From: Minisyncoccota bacterium
GTDB taxonomy: Bacteria; Patescibacteriota; Minisyncoccia; Phycocordibacterales; CAJBRS01
Assembly (NCBI GenBank): GCA_035652395.1
Contig: DASRDX010000012.1
Location: 23,861 to 87,860, forward strand
Direction of reading: 5' to 3'
Length of the DNA stretch: 64,000 nt
Below are positions 38,566-47,808 of the stretch, one piece after another (the stretch's first letter is position 1; the number at the start of each line of letters is the position of its first letter). The position numbers and the translations under genes are program-made. The notes beneath the pieces are model-generated. The model was not told the DNA's origin. It saw nothing but the letters and a program-made list of their open reading frames with translations, and made no database searches.

Positions 38566-39396
38566 TTAGTCAACTCGGATAATCTCAATACCTTTATCTT
38601 TAAAAATCATCTCGCTGTCGAGAACGCCGTATCCGCTTCGATAAAAGACTCGTTTGATTCCCGCGCAGGCCACCACTTTAGCGCAAGGAGGACATGGGAA
38701 AGTAGTAACGTATATATCAGTTCCCTCCGTAGAAGTTCCTTCTCGTGCCAAATCGGCGATTATCTTGGCTTCAGAATGAATAAAAATAGATAGCTCAAGG
38801 TGAACGCCCTTATGAAAATTATTCCGCGGGTCCCCCTCGTACATCGGAGAGTGTTCCCCTCGCACCGCCTCATTATGGGTCTGGTGTAAAATTTTTTTAT
38901 CCTTAACAAGAATGGATCCAACTCGACGCCAAATATCTGTACTCTTTTCTGCTTCTTGCTCGGCCAGCTTCATAATCTCTCTATCAAATTCTGCAGTTGA
39001 TATTCTGTCCGGCCTTAATTCAGTTTCCTGAACTGTCTTATGTTTATCCCATCTTAAAAAGAGTGGGCTGTAAATTATTTCCTTTTTAGACAAATACTTA
39101 TCGGCCAGAGATTTCATTACTTCTTCATTGGGCAAAATAATTCGAATCTTTTCATCCTTAAGCTTTTCCAAAGCTGGTTCGTCTAATATTTGCACTTGGT
39201 CAAACAAACTCCAGCTTTCTAAGGCTTTCTTGACTTCATCGGGATTGAGCTGTCGGATATCTTTAGCTAAATGAGGGAAATCAGCAATTAGATCCTTCCC
39301 TAAAATAAAAATTTCTTTTGCTTCAGGATGACTTGCGAAAAGCTTCCTATAGCCTTCGTGGAGAACGGGTATATAAGCAATGATAACAGTTTTCAT
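38566..39396 (-). CDS. dCMP/cytidine deaminase-family zinc enzyme with ~140-aa N-terminal extra domain
   Basis: C-terminal HSEAKIIADLAREG...TTFPCPPCAKVV (H(A/C)E ... PCxxC zinc motif). N-terminal half unassigned. Confidence 0.7.
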   Translation of the reverse strand: MKTVIIAYIPVLHEGYRKLFASHPEAKEIFILGKDLIADFPHLAKDIRQLNPDEVKKALESWSLFDQVQILDEPALEKLKDEKIRIILPNEEVMKSLADKYLSKKEIIYSPLFLRWDKHKTVQETELRPDRISTAEFDREIMKLAEQEAEKSTDIWRRVGSILVKDKKILHQTHNEAVRGEHSPMYEGDPRNNFHKGVHLELSIFIHSEAKIIADLAREGTSTEGTDIYVTTFPCPPCAKVVACAGIKRVFYRSGYGVLDSEMIFKDKGIEIIRVD

Positions 39397-40007
39397 TAAT
39401 CCTGATTTTTAAGATTATTTAAGACTTCTTCAATAGTGTCCATTATTTTTGGTGTTAGTGCCATGCCCAAGCTCTTGGCCGTACTGATTTGTAATTTTCT
39501 GATTTTGGCACTAGTTGAAGTGGTGGCCATCGGGTCTAATATCACCACTTCTTTGCACCACTTTTTTAATTTTTTTATCTGCGCCCTGTTGTAAGTTGTC
39601 TTAGTCGCAATCAGAGTGTCCGGCCTAATCATTTTAATTAATTGCCATTTTGGCGCTTTAAGAGGTTTTAAAACCACCACATCTACTGGACGAAGGTGCG
39701 CCACCATTTCAAGTCTTTCTTCTTCCGGAACGACCGGGCGCTCAGGCCCTTTTCTATTGCGAACTTTTTCATCACTATCCACGCCTACTATTAAAATATC
39801 CCCGTGTTTTTTGGCAGTCTCAAAATATCGGGCGTGACCGATATGAACCATGTCATAGGTACCTTGAGTCAAAACAATTTTCAGCCCTAAACCTCGGCAG
39901 TGTTCAACTAATTGAGCTAGGCGTTTGTAGTCAGATATATACCGTTCACGGAAATTTGATCCAGAACTGAAGATGCCTCGATTTATAGAAATATTCTCGG
40001 AAGACAT
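39396..40007 (-). CDS. Cytidylyltransferase-family nucleotidyltransferase (RfaE domain II / TagD-like)
   Basis: VLTQGTYDMVHIGHARYFETAKKHGDILIVGVDSDEKVRNRKGPERPVVPEEERLEMVAHLRPVDVVV parallels heptose-1-P adenylyltransferase and glycerol-3-P cytidylyltransferase (HxGH motif). Confidence 0.65.
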   Translation of the reverse strand: MSSENISINRGIFSSGSNFRERYISDYKRLAQLVEHCRGLGLKIVLTQGTYDMVHIGHARYFETAKKHGDILIVGVDSDEKVRNRKGPERPVVPEEERLEMVAHLRPVDVVVLKPLKAPKWQLIKMIRPDTLIATKTTYNRAQIKKLKKWCKEVVILDPMATTSTSAKIRKLQISTAKSLGMALTPKIMDTIEEVLNNLKNQD

Positions 40008-40016
40008 ACGAAAAAA

Positions 40017-40694
40017 TTATTTAATAGTAAAAACTTTATCAGTTCCGTAATATTCTGGCCAGTGGCTATTGTAAAAAGCAAACATTCGCTCAATTCGCTC
40101 TTGGGATAATTCCCCTACTCCAAAATCGGCCATTAAGACCAGAAGGTTAGATTTGGCGGCAGCGGCCTCTTCCTCATTTTCAATTACCTTCTCAAATTCG
40201 GCCAAATAACCATAACCGGCATTTTTGTCGATAGTTATATTCGTATCTTCCAATTGATACTCTTCCCTCTCGCGCGACCATTTAGCTTGATATTGGAGAC
40301 CGGCAGCTAGCAAGACCTTGTCTAAGTCCTCCAAACTCATATTCGTTTCTGATTCAAACTCCATTCGAGAGACGCCATTGTCGCTAGTATGATCGTCAAG
40401 CGAAGCCTTGATTACCAATAACACTTTTCCATTTGATTCGCGGGTGCGGATGGAGAAATTTTTACCGCGGGTAATGATTTCAGAAAAAATTTCTTTTTTA
40501 TCATTGGGTAGATACGAAAGAATATCGCTGTGAAATTTTGAAAGGTCAGTGTAGGTGAAGTAGTGATTTAACTGTTTGTCGTGAATTTCTGATTTTAGTT
40601 TACCGCCCTTAGCCACAATTTTCTGGCGAAGCGTGTCGGCATTTTCTTTACTACCAAGCAGGCTTTTGATCTCGATTTCATAACTTTTCGACAT
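40017..40694 (-). CDS. CYTH domain protein (class IV adenylate cyclase/triphosphatase-like)
   Basis: YEIEIKSLL... FSIRTRE... EEYQLEDTNITIDKNAGYGYLAEFE: conserved acidic beta-barrel residues of CYTH. Confidence 0.65.
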   Translation of the reverse strand: MSKSYEIEIKSLLGSKENADTLRQKIVAKGGKLKSEIHDKQLNHYFTYTDLSKFHSDILSYLPNDKKEIFSEIITRGKNFSIRTRESNGKVLLVIKASLDDHTSDNGVSRMEFESETNMSLEDLDKVLLAAGLQYQAKWSREREEYQLEDTNITIDKNAGYGYLAEFEKVIENEEEAAAAKSNLLVLMADFGVGELSQERIERMFAFYNSHWPEYYGTDKVFTIK

Positions 40695-40767
40695 AGTGAA
40701 TAAAGTATAACAATCCTCCCTAATTGAACAACTTTCAAGAAATGGGCAAGCGTTTTATAATTCGAAG

Positions 40768-41283
40768 ATGATTAAATGTTTCATTATTGCCGCTCAAAGC
40801 GCTGACGGTTTCATCGCTTTGGATCCGGCCCATCCCTCAAGCTCCCTTAACTGGACTAGCAAGGAGGACAAGAAACACTTTGTTGAGCTAACTAAGCGAG
40901 CCGGTGTGGTGGTGGTTGGTCATACCACTTTTAAGACTTTCCAGAAACCTTTAAAAGACAGATTAAATATTGTTTATTCTCGAGAGCCCCTTCAAATAGA
41001 AGGAGTGGAGGTCATGAACGATGAGCCGCGTCTCCTTTTGGAGAAACTGGAAAAGCAAGGCAAAACCGAAGTGGCAATCTGTGGCGGCAGCCAGATCTAC
41101 ACCATGTTTATGAAAGCCAGCGTGGTGGATAAAATTTATCTGACGGTTGAACCCGTAGTCTTCGGACAAGGCCTTTCCCTTTTCAAAGAGCCTATCGAAG
41201 CCAAGTTGCGTCTAGAAAATCTGGAAAAAACTGAAAGTGGTACTTTGTTCCTAGAATATAGCGTGGTTAAAAGTGAGACATGA
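40768..41283 (+). CDS. Dihydrofolate reductase family protein (DHFR/RibD C-terminal domain-like)
   Basis: MIKCFIIAAQSADGFIALDP... VVVVGHTTFKTF... ICGGSQIY... 171 aa. Confidence 0.65.
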   Translation: MIKCFIIAAQSADGFIALDPAHPSSSLNWTSKEDKKHFVELTKRAGVVVVGHTTFKTFQKPLKDRLNIVYSREPLQIEGVEVMNDEPRLLLEKLEKQGKTEVAICGGSQIYTMFMKASVVDKIYLTVEPVVFGQGLSLFKEPIEAKLRLENLEKTESGTLFLEYSVVKSET

Positions 41284-41325
41284 GTCTCACTTATTTTATT
41301 TAAATAAAAAGTGAGGTTTGAGACC

Positions 41326-41820
41326 TCACCTAAACGCTTGAGATTTGGTTACTATTTTCCTGATCTCTTCAATTGCTCTGTGAACATCTGGACATTGAAT
41401 GACGGTAAATCGAGGCCATTGCCGTCGATGATACCAACCCTTCAGAGCTTCAAAAAGCTCCTCTTTAAAAACGATGGCTAAGAGTTGGGACCCGTAATTA
41501 TGCAGAGAATGACCCAGAGCGAAGGAAATTTGCATTAGACTTTCTCTGCACTTGTCAGAGATGAAAAAAACGGAAAGAGTGGCTGTTCTAGTCAGCTGCG
41601 CTACGTGCTGTACGTGATTTTCTCTTTCTTGTGTATCTGGCACCTGATGAAGAGAGGTCAAATCTAAATATTCTAATTTATACTCCTCTTCCCTCAGAAC
41701 CTGCCTTAAGTAGGTCAGATCATCAGGTAAAAGAACGTTCCAGCCGTGACAGATGACTATGGTAGGTTTTGGACGATAGGAGGAAACCCTGTTTTGACGG
41801 AGAAAAGTGGACTGATTCAT
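41326..41820 (-). CDS. Hypothetical protein (alpha/beta Rossmann-like?)
   Basis: 164-aa ORF; PTIVICHGWNVLLPDD / VFFISDK segments; no confident assignment. Confidence 0.4.
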   Translation of the reverse strand: MNQSTFLRQNRVSSYRPKPTIVICHGWNVLLPDDLTYLRQVLREEEYKLEYLDLTSLHQVPDTQERENHVQHVAQLTRTATLSVFFISDKCRESLMQISFALGHSLHNYGSQLLAIVFKEELFEALKGWYHRRQWPRFTVIQCPDVHRAIEEIRKIVTKSQAFR

Positions 41821-41896
41821 TTCTGACTGAAACTTTAGCTAAAATGGCCAAAAAGTAAAGACCTGACCGATAAATAAAAGACATCCTTGTGGGATG

Positions 41897-42505
41897 TCAG
41901 AAATCGAGTCTGTATTGGTTATCAGCCTCTCGCCAGAGAAAATAAATGGTTCGTCCATCCTCTCTTTCGATATGACCGTCCTTTTTGAAGAGCTCCCTCG
42001 GTATCACACACTGGAATATATGCCGATTATAAACTGCCCAAATACCGGGCCATTTTTCCGATTCAACGGGTATCCGACGTTCCACTTGAAGGCAATCAGA
42101 TAATTGATACTTTGAAGGATCGTGAAAACCAAGTTCCTGTTGCAAAGCCCGTTGTGCTGATTTAATTTTTTCTTCTCCTCTTAACATCGTTTCGCCAATA
42201 CCATTGAAATTGGAACGTCTTAAAATAGTACCGTTGTCGCAAACCTGCCGGTCTTCGTAGATTTCCAGCAAGCGACCTCGATAACGATGCAGAACGATGA
42301 CCACAGCCGCGTGGACATGAATGATTAGCTGATCACCACAGTGGTTTTGGAAATATAATTTCTCCCGTTCATGATATTGGAAAAACGCTTCCAGACTGCG
42401 AGACGCTCCCTGTCCCCAGGTTTGCCATGGGACCTTATACTTATTCAGGAGCCGAAAAATTTCTGAACGAGATTTAATCTTCTCGGAAACAGCTGTTAAT
42501 GCCAT
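41897..42505 (-). CDS. Nudix-like hydrolase with degenerate Nudix box (tentative)
   Basis: GIGETMLRGEEKIKSAQRALQQELGF approximates GX5EX7REUXEEXGU with substitutions. Confidence 0.35.
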   Translation of the reverse strand: MALTAVSEKIKSRSEIFRLLNKYKVPWQTWGQGASRSLEAFFQYHEREKLYFQNHCGDQLIIHVHAAVVIVLHRYRGRLLEIYEDRQVCDNGTILRRSNFNGIGETMLRGEEKIKSAQRALQQELGFHDPSKYQLSDCLQVERRIPVESEKWPGIWAVYNRHIFQCVIPRELFKKDGHIEREDGRTIYFLWREADNQYRLDF

Positions 42506-42560
42506 TGGTATCCTTTCTGGATACCTTATAGCTTAGTCTGAAAGATTTTACAAGGTTACT

Positions 42561-42983
42561 TTACTTAACCTCCACGCCCATAGATCTCGCGCTTCCCTCG
42601 ATAATCTTGGAAGCTGCTTCAATATTGTTGGCGTTAAGATCTACCATCTTCTTCTCGGCAATTTCCCGAATTTTGGCTTTAGAGATGGTGCCCGCCTTCT
42701 TGGTTAAATTGGTGCCTGAACCTTTTTCCGCTCCGATTGCCTTTAAAATCAAACTAGTAGCCGGTTCCGTTTTATAAATCATCTTGTAGCTCCGATCTTC
42801 GTAAACTTCCACTACGGTTGGCACAACCTCTCCTCGCCGGTCTTTAGTTTCCTCATTAAAACGCTTGACGAATTCGCCGATATTAATGCCGGCGCCTCCG
42901 AGAGTCGGGCCGAGTTGCTGCCCTGGTACGGCTGCTCCGCCCGGAATCTGCATTTTTAGAATTTTGGTGATTTTTTTAGCCAT
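42561..42983 (-). CDS. rplK: 50S ribosomal protein L11
   Basis: MAKKITKILKMQIPGGAAVPGQQLGPTLGGAGINIGEFVKRFN... canonical L11. Confidence 0.92.
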   Translation of the reverse strand: MAKKITKILKMQIPGGAAVPGQQLGPTLGGAGINIGEFVKRFNEETKDRRGEVVPTVVEVYEDRSYKMIYKTEPATSLILKAIGAEKGSGTNLTKKAGTISKAKIREIAEKKMVDLNANNIEAASKIIEGSARSMGVEVK

Positions 42984-42999
42984 AGACTGATAAGTTATC

Positions 43000-43545
43000 T
43001 TAAATTTTCTTGACTTGCAAGAAGTCTAACTCTACAGGTGTTTCCCGTCCGAACATTGAAACTAACACCTTTACTTTGCCTCGTTCCTCATCTACTTCAC
43101 TAACTTTACCTTCCAGTTCCTTAAATGGGCCATCAGCAATAATGACGGCATCTCCCGGATCAAGGTTAATAGTGTGTTTAATAGTGTCAGCATTCATGCG
43201 CTTGAAAAGTCCTTCCACCTCACTTTTTTCCAGAGGTACGGGATAAACGCCAGAGCCGACGAAGCCGGTTACTCGAGGAGTGTTTCGCACCACATACCAA
43301 GAATCATCAGTGACAATCATATCTACTAAAATGTAGCCAGGATAAATTTTTTCTTCCTCCTCTACCCGCTTGCCGCCTTTGATTTTGATTTTCTTTTCAG
43401 TTGGAACAAGAACGTTGAAAATTTTATCTTCCATACCAAGCGACTCAATGCGCTGTTTGAGATTTCGCATCACCGCATTTTCATAGCCGGCGTAAGTATG
43501 GATGGCGTACCAGTTACGCTCCCCTTCTAATTGCTGTTTACTCAT
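43000..43545 (-). CDS. nusG: Transcription termination/antitermination factor NusG
   Basis: [15 protein letters not shown] (NGN domain) ... C-terminal KOW ([22 protein letters not shown]...). Confidence 0.9.
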   Translation of the reverse strand: MSKQQLEGERNWYAIHTYAGYENAVMRNLKQRIESLGMEDKIFNVLVPTEKKIKIKGGKRVEEEEKIYPGYILVDMIVTDDSWYVVRNTPRVTGFVGSGVYPVPLEKSEVEGLFKRMNADTIKHTINLDPGDAVIIADGPFKELEGKVSEVDEERGKVKVLVSMFGRETPVELDFLQVKKI

Positions 43546-43546
43546 G

Positions 43547-43729
43547 TTATTTCAAAATAACTTTCTGGATCAAATAAGAAAATAAAGAATCGAACAAACC
43601 TAAATAAGCGGCAACTACGAGCGAGATGACGATGACAAGCAGGGTGTAATTAATAGCCTGCCGGCGGCTTGGCCAGCTGACATGCTTCATTTCAATTCGT
43701 GTTTCTTTTAGATAATTGCCTAATCCCAT
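43547..43729 (-). CDS. secE: Preprotein translocase subunit SecE
   Basis: 60 aa, single C-terminal TM, immediately upstream of nusG (conserved secE-nusG order). Confidence 0.8.
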   Translation of the reverse strand: MGLGNYLKETRIEMKHVSWPSRRQAINYTLLVIVISLVVAAYLGLFDSLFSYLIQKVILK

Positions 43730-43835
43730 GACGATTTGTAGCCTTAAATATACTCGCTAAGGCTCGTTATTTTTACTAAAAAACCCCGCACGGGGTTATA
43801 AATTAATCATACTCCGAGCTCTTTAATTGTCAAAT

Positions 43836-43875
43836 AAAAAGACCGGGTTTTGCCGACGGCAAAACCCGGTCTTCC
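43836..43875 (-). terminator. Terminator hairpin after CDS 43885..44709
   Basis: GACCGGGTTTTGCCGACGGCAAAACCCGGTC followed by a T-run on the minus strand. A second hairpin lies at 43778-43797 (AACCCCGCACGGGGTT). Confidence 0.6.
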
Positions 43876-43884
43876 CTTTTCCCT

Positions 43885-44709
43885 CTATCGAATCTCGTAC
43901 GTAATCGTTACGTCCGAAGTAATTTTATTTTGGCCAACTGGAATTTCGGGAGCGACCGGAGCAGAGCCTGCGGCCTGACTAAGGGCCATGTCTTTAGCGT
44001 ACGGAATCGGTCCGGGATTATTGCCGTTCTCTTGGAAACTGACAATTCTGTCAAGATCTATGTCAAGGTCTTTGGCTAACTGCTTAGCTTTAGCTTTAGC
44101 GTCGTCAATGGCCAGTTTGCGGGCAGCTTCCTGAAGAGAGGTTGGATTATCAATGCTAAGAGATAGACCGCTGATATTTGAGACGCCGGCACTGCCAACT
44201 CCCTGCAAAATTGTTCCAGATTTGGATGGATCTCGAAGCTTCACCGTGATGGTTTCACTTACCTCATAACCGTTAATGGTCGGGGTACCTCCACCGCAAT
44301 TATAAGCACCGGTTGGACAGATGATGGCGGATCGATCGGCATAAGTTGGATTGACGCTGTAATCGATGGTTTGAATATCTTTTTGATCTACTCCGTTCTT
44401 TTTTAGAAAATCAATGGCGGCATTGGCTTTGACGGCCATTTTGTTTTGGGCGTCTGTAACGGTTGTCTCTCTATCACTGGCGGTAAAACTAAAGGTAGCG
44501 ACAGTTGAAGTGGCAAAGACTTCCCCATGACCGCTGACGGCTATTGTCGGCAAATTGGCGATATTTTCCCCTTTATAATGACCTTCGTGATGGAAAGCAA
44601 AAACAATCAGAGCAATTATGACAATAAAAATGAGAGCGCCCCAGAAGCGACGTCGCATGCCGTAACGTTGATAATTTTGACTATCATTGGAATTTTGATC
44701 TCCGTTCAT
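43885..44709 (-). CDS. SIMPL/DUF541 domain protein with N-terminal TM anchor
   Basis: 274 aa; TM anchor, then ...TITVKLRD...GVSNISGLSLSIDNPTSLQEAARKLAIDDAKAKAKQLAKDLD... characteristic of SIMPL. Confidence 0.65.
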   Translation of the reverse strand: MNGDQNSNDSQNYQRYGMRRRFWGALIFIVIIALIVFAFHHEGHYKGENIANLPTIAVSGHGEVFATSTVATFSFTASDRETTVTDAQNKMAVKANAAIDFLKKNGVDQKDIQTIDYSVNPTYADRSAIICPTGAYNCGGGTPTINGYEVSETITVKLRDPSKSGTILQGVGSAGVSNISGLSLSIDNPTSLQEAARKLAIDDAKAKAKQLAKDLDIDLDRIVSFQENGNNPGPIPYAKDMALSQAAGSAPVAPEIPVGQNKITSDVTITYEIR

Positions 44710-44747
44710 AAAAATTAAATTAGATGCTAATAATTCAGTATAACATT

Positions 44748-45677
44748 TTAACGATTTCTTTTAATTCGTTTATTACCCTTTTCAATTTTACGCATGTTCG
44801 TTTCTACCAGATTTTGAAAAAGGGCCGCTACCGTCATTGGCCCGACGCCGCCGGGTACCGGCGAGATAGCTTTTACTATTTTAGAAACATTTTTGAAATC
44901 CACATCTCCTACCATTTTCGGAGCGCTAATTTCTTCCTGAAGCTTGGTGATTTTTTTATTCTTTTTAGATGAAGGGCGGCCGGCAATTAAGTTAATACCA
45001 ACGTCGACAATCACTTGACCCTTTTTGACATGCCGAGAACCGATTAAATTCGGTACGCCGGCCGCCACCACGAGAAGATCCGCTTGGCGAGTTTGAGCAG
45101 CCAGATCTTTAGTCTGCCGATGGGCGGTAGTGATAGTGGCTCCTTCTTTTAATAAGAGGGCGGCGGTCGGTCGGCCGACTAAAGCGGAGCGGCCGACCAC
45201 CACCGCTCTCTTTCCCCGAATGGGGATACGATAATATTTAATTAAATTAAGAATGCCGCGCGGTGTAGCGCCGATTAATCCATCGTCTTCTCCGGTCCAG
45301 AGTTTTTTAACATTTTTTGAATGCAAGCCGTCCACATCTTTCTCCGGCAAAATGGTTTCAATAATTTCACTCTTGTTAAGGTGGCGCGGGATCGGCAATT
45401 GAATAATTATGCCGTCTATTCGCCGATCCTTATTTAATTTCTCGATTACCTTGATTAATTTTGATTGGGCAATTGTGGCCGAAAATTTTAAATGAGTAAC
45501 TTTTGCTCCTATTTTTTCTCCGAAAAGTTTTTTCTGCCGAATGTAAGCGCTTGATTGAGCCAGATTTCCAATCTGAACAATAGCCAAAGTTGGTTTTTGG
45601 TCTAATTTAGCGATTTTTCTTTTTAAGTCGGCGGCAAATTTATCGCGAACGACTCTGCCATCTAGTATTTTAGCCAT
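44748..45677 (-). CDS. folD: Bifunctional methylenetetrahydrofolate dehydrogenase/cyclohydrolase FolD (C-terminal basic extension)
   Basis: ILDGRVV...LAIVQIGN...SAYIRQK...IIQLPIP...VDGL...GRSALVGRP...PVPGGVGPMTVAAL. Confidence 0.9.
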   Translation of the reverse strand: MAKILDGRVVRDKFAADLKRKIAKLDQKPTLAIVQIGNLAQSSAYIRQKKLFGEKIGAKVTHLKFSATIAQSKLIKVIEKLNKDRRIDGIIIQLPIPRHLNKSEIIETILPEKDVDGLHSKNVKKLWTGEDDGLIGATPRGILNLIKYYRIPIRGKRAVVVGRSALVGRPTAALLLKEGATITTAHRQTKDLAAQTRQADLLVVAAGVPNLIGSRHVKKGQVIVDVGINLIAGRPSSKKNKKITKLQEEISAPKMVGDVDFKNVSKIVKAISPVPGGVGPMTVAALFQNLVETNMRKIEKGNKRIKRNR

Positions 45678-47028
45678 TTTGTTGCGGTTTCGGAGAATTA
45701 AGACTTTCCGTTTTTGATTCTATCCTTTTAGCTTGAACCGGGTAGATAAGAGCCTCAGCCATTTTTACCAGAATCGGCCAGACATAGGAGCTTCCTCTTA
45801 GAAGCAGGATACAAAAAGTAACACAAAAGACTCCCAGAGCGTAACCGCCAATAATATCGCTTAACCAGTGCACGCTTAAGTAAATACGGCTTGCTCCCAC
45901 CAACAACATTAACAAAAGACAGACAATTAGGAAATAAATTTTCTCTGTATTTGATTTTAGATTGCGCCTCCAGCAATGGAACAACAGCAGGCTGAAAATA
46001 GCGATTAGGGTGGCGTGGCCGCTCGGAAAGCTGAAACTATTCTCTTGGAGAATGGTACTAATTGGTCGTGGCCGGCCGATCAAAATTTTCAAAGAATATT
46101 CGCCAATGACTCCCAGATTTAAAGCGAAGAAGGACAATAAAGCGTAATACCATTCTCTCTTGTGAACGAGGTAACCGATAAATAAACAGGAAAATAGGAA
46201 AACATTTAACGGAGTTAGAAGATTGGTAATAAAAAGCATCGTCTCAGCCGCTATGGGGTTCCAAATGGTAGCAACAAGATGATTAACTAGTCTGTCAGCA
46301 TGATAAAACCAGCCACGCTCCAGAACACTATCGAGTGTTTCAGCAAAAATGTAAATGGAAAAAATATTGATGATGAGGGTGTAGACATGATATTTGCGAA
46401 AAGCGTGATGATGACGATTTATCAACCGATAAGTGTAAAAAATTATTACCGCCAAGACTATGGCTATCAGCATAATGTAATTAATGTAGCGAGCGGCGAT
46501 AGCATAACCCTGACCGACAACAAAACCAATCAAGAGATGGGATAAGTCCCAGATTAAGATAGCGACTAAATCGTAAATTAAGAATTTTCTAAAAGAAATG
46601 TTGGAAACGCCGCCAAGAAAGGGGGTAATGGAGCGAGTAATGTAGCTGAATCTGCCAAAAATTATGGCCTTTCCAGTATGTGTTTGTAATAGTCTTTCCG
46701 TTTGCGCCAGATGAGCCTCTTTCAGAAAAAAGTAGTGACCAAACTGTCTCAAAAAACGATGCCCATAAGCGTGCCCCAGTCCATAGGCTACTAAATCACC
46801 GACTAAGGCCCCGACAAAAGCGATGATAGCGGCAACCCAGAAGTTTAAAACCAAAATTTTCGCCAAAAAACCGCCTAAAATAAGGGAAATTCCACCAGGG
46901 GAAATATAACCAATAAGCGGTAAGCTCTCCAGAAAAACACTGCTGAAAATGATTAAATACCCCCAATGACTAAAAAAAGGTACTAGAATTTCAAAAAGAT
47001 TAAGATGGTGAAGATGATGCCCGAGCAT
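45670..47028 (-). CDS. DedA (VTT domain) - PAP2 phosphatase fusion membrane protein
   Basis: N-terminal ~200 aa DedA-like (GYLIIFSSVFLESLPLIGYISPG...). C-terminal PAP2 motifs: KILIGRPRP (KxxxxxxRP), FPSGHAT (PSGH), SRIYLSVHWLSD (SRxxxxxHxxxD). Confidence 0.75.
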   Translation of the reverse strand: MLGHHLHHLNLFEILVPFFSHWGYLIIFSSVFLESLPLIGYISPGGISLILGGFLAKILVLNFWVAAIIAFVGALVGDLVAYGLGHAYGHRFLRQFGHYFFLKEAHLAQTERLLQTHTGKAIIFGRFSYITRSITPFLGGVSNISFRKFLIYDLVAILIWDLSHLLIGFVVGQGYAIAARYINYIMLIAIVLAVIIFYTYRLINRHHHAFRKYHVYTLIINIFSIYIFAETLDSVLERGWFYHADRLVNHLVATIWNPIAAETMLFITNLLTPLNVFLFSCLFIGYLVHKREWYYALLSFFALNLGVIGEYSLKILIGRPRPISTILQENSFSFPSGHATLIAIFSLLLFHCWRRNLKSNTEKIYFLIVCLLLMLLVGASRIYLSVHWLSDIIGGYALGVFCVTFCILLLRGSSYVWPILVKMAEALIYPVQAKRIESKTESLNSPKPQQNG

Positions 47029-47040
47029 TTTTTCATTTTA

Positions 47041-47763
47041 TCACTTCTTTTCAGATGGATTGAGAGAGTCGGGTTCGGTTTTCGGATCAATCCGGCCATA
47101 ATCATTCCAAATTACCAGCTTCCAACCAAGATTTTCGTGCGGATCAAGCTGACGCTTGCGAAAAAAACCTCTGAATTCCGGCTCGTAGGTGCAGAGAGTG
47201 ATGCCAGCATTATTTAGTGGGTTAAGGAAAGTAAACTTAGCAAAATCGTTAGCGGTAAACTTCTCCCCTTTCTCAATGTAGCCAGCTACACATCGCAAGA
47301 ATATATGATGAGTGATGCAAAGAATCTGCTTTTCCGGTCGCGCCTCTAAAAAGCGCAATAATTTGTTGGTCCGATCCTTCAAATCGCTGAAATTTTCCTC
47401 GTCAGAATAGCGCAGGTCATTTGTATGAAAGCTTCGATCAATACGATCAAGGATGGTGGCCACTTCTGGATCCTCGGACGAGCGCCCGATAATTTCGTGA
47501 GGATTTCGACGTTCACTTAAAATCTCAATAACCTCCACTTTTTTGTCAATTTTTGAAGCAATGATTCTGGCAGTTTCCTCTGCTCGTTCGTACGGACTGG
47601 AAAAGATTATATCAACAGGAATTTTCGTAAAACGCTCGCCGACAAAAGCCGCCTGCTCTCGGCCAAGAGCGCTTAAGGGTCCCTGCCGTCCTTGGCGAAA
47701 ATTTTTGGCATTTAAAGGAGTCTCGCCGTGACGGACGAAATAAACTTGTTTCTTATCTCTCAT
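47041..47763 (-). CDS. Histidine phosphatase family protein (phosphoglycerate mutase-like)
   Basis: VYFVRHGETPLN (RHG motif) ... ILCITHHIFLR (second His). Confidence 0.75.
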   Translation of the reverse strand: MRDKKQVYFVRHGETPLNAKNFRQGRQGPLSALGREQAAFVGERFTKIPVDIIFSSPYERAEETARIIASKIDKKVEVIEILSERRNPHEIIGRSSEDPEVATILDRIDRSFHTNDLRYSDEENFSDLKDRTNKLLRFLEARPEKQILCITHHIFLRCVAGYIEKGEKFTANDFAKFTFLNPLNNAGITLCTYEPEFRGFFRKRQLDPHENLGWKLVIWNDYGRIDPKTEPDSLNPSEKK

Positions 47764-47808
47764 CTTACTATTATAACTCGGCCAACTTGTGTTAACGTTA
47801 ATATATTC

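Noticed and set aside
43730-43885. Expected tRNA-Trp upstream of secE
   Set aside because: No cloverleaf-capable sequence; the region holds only two terminator hairpins.
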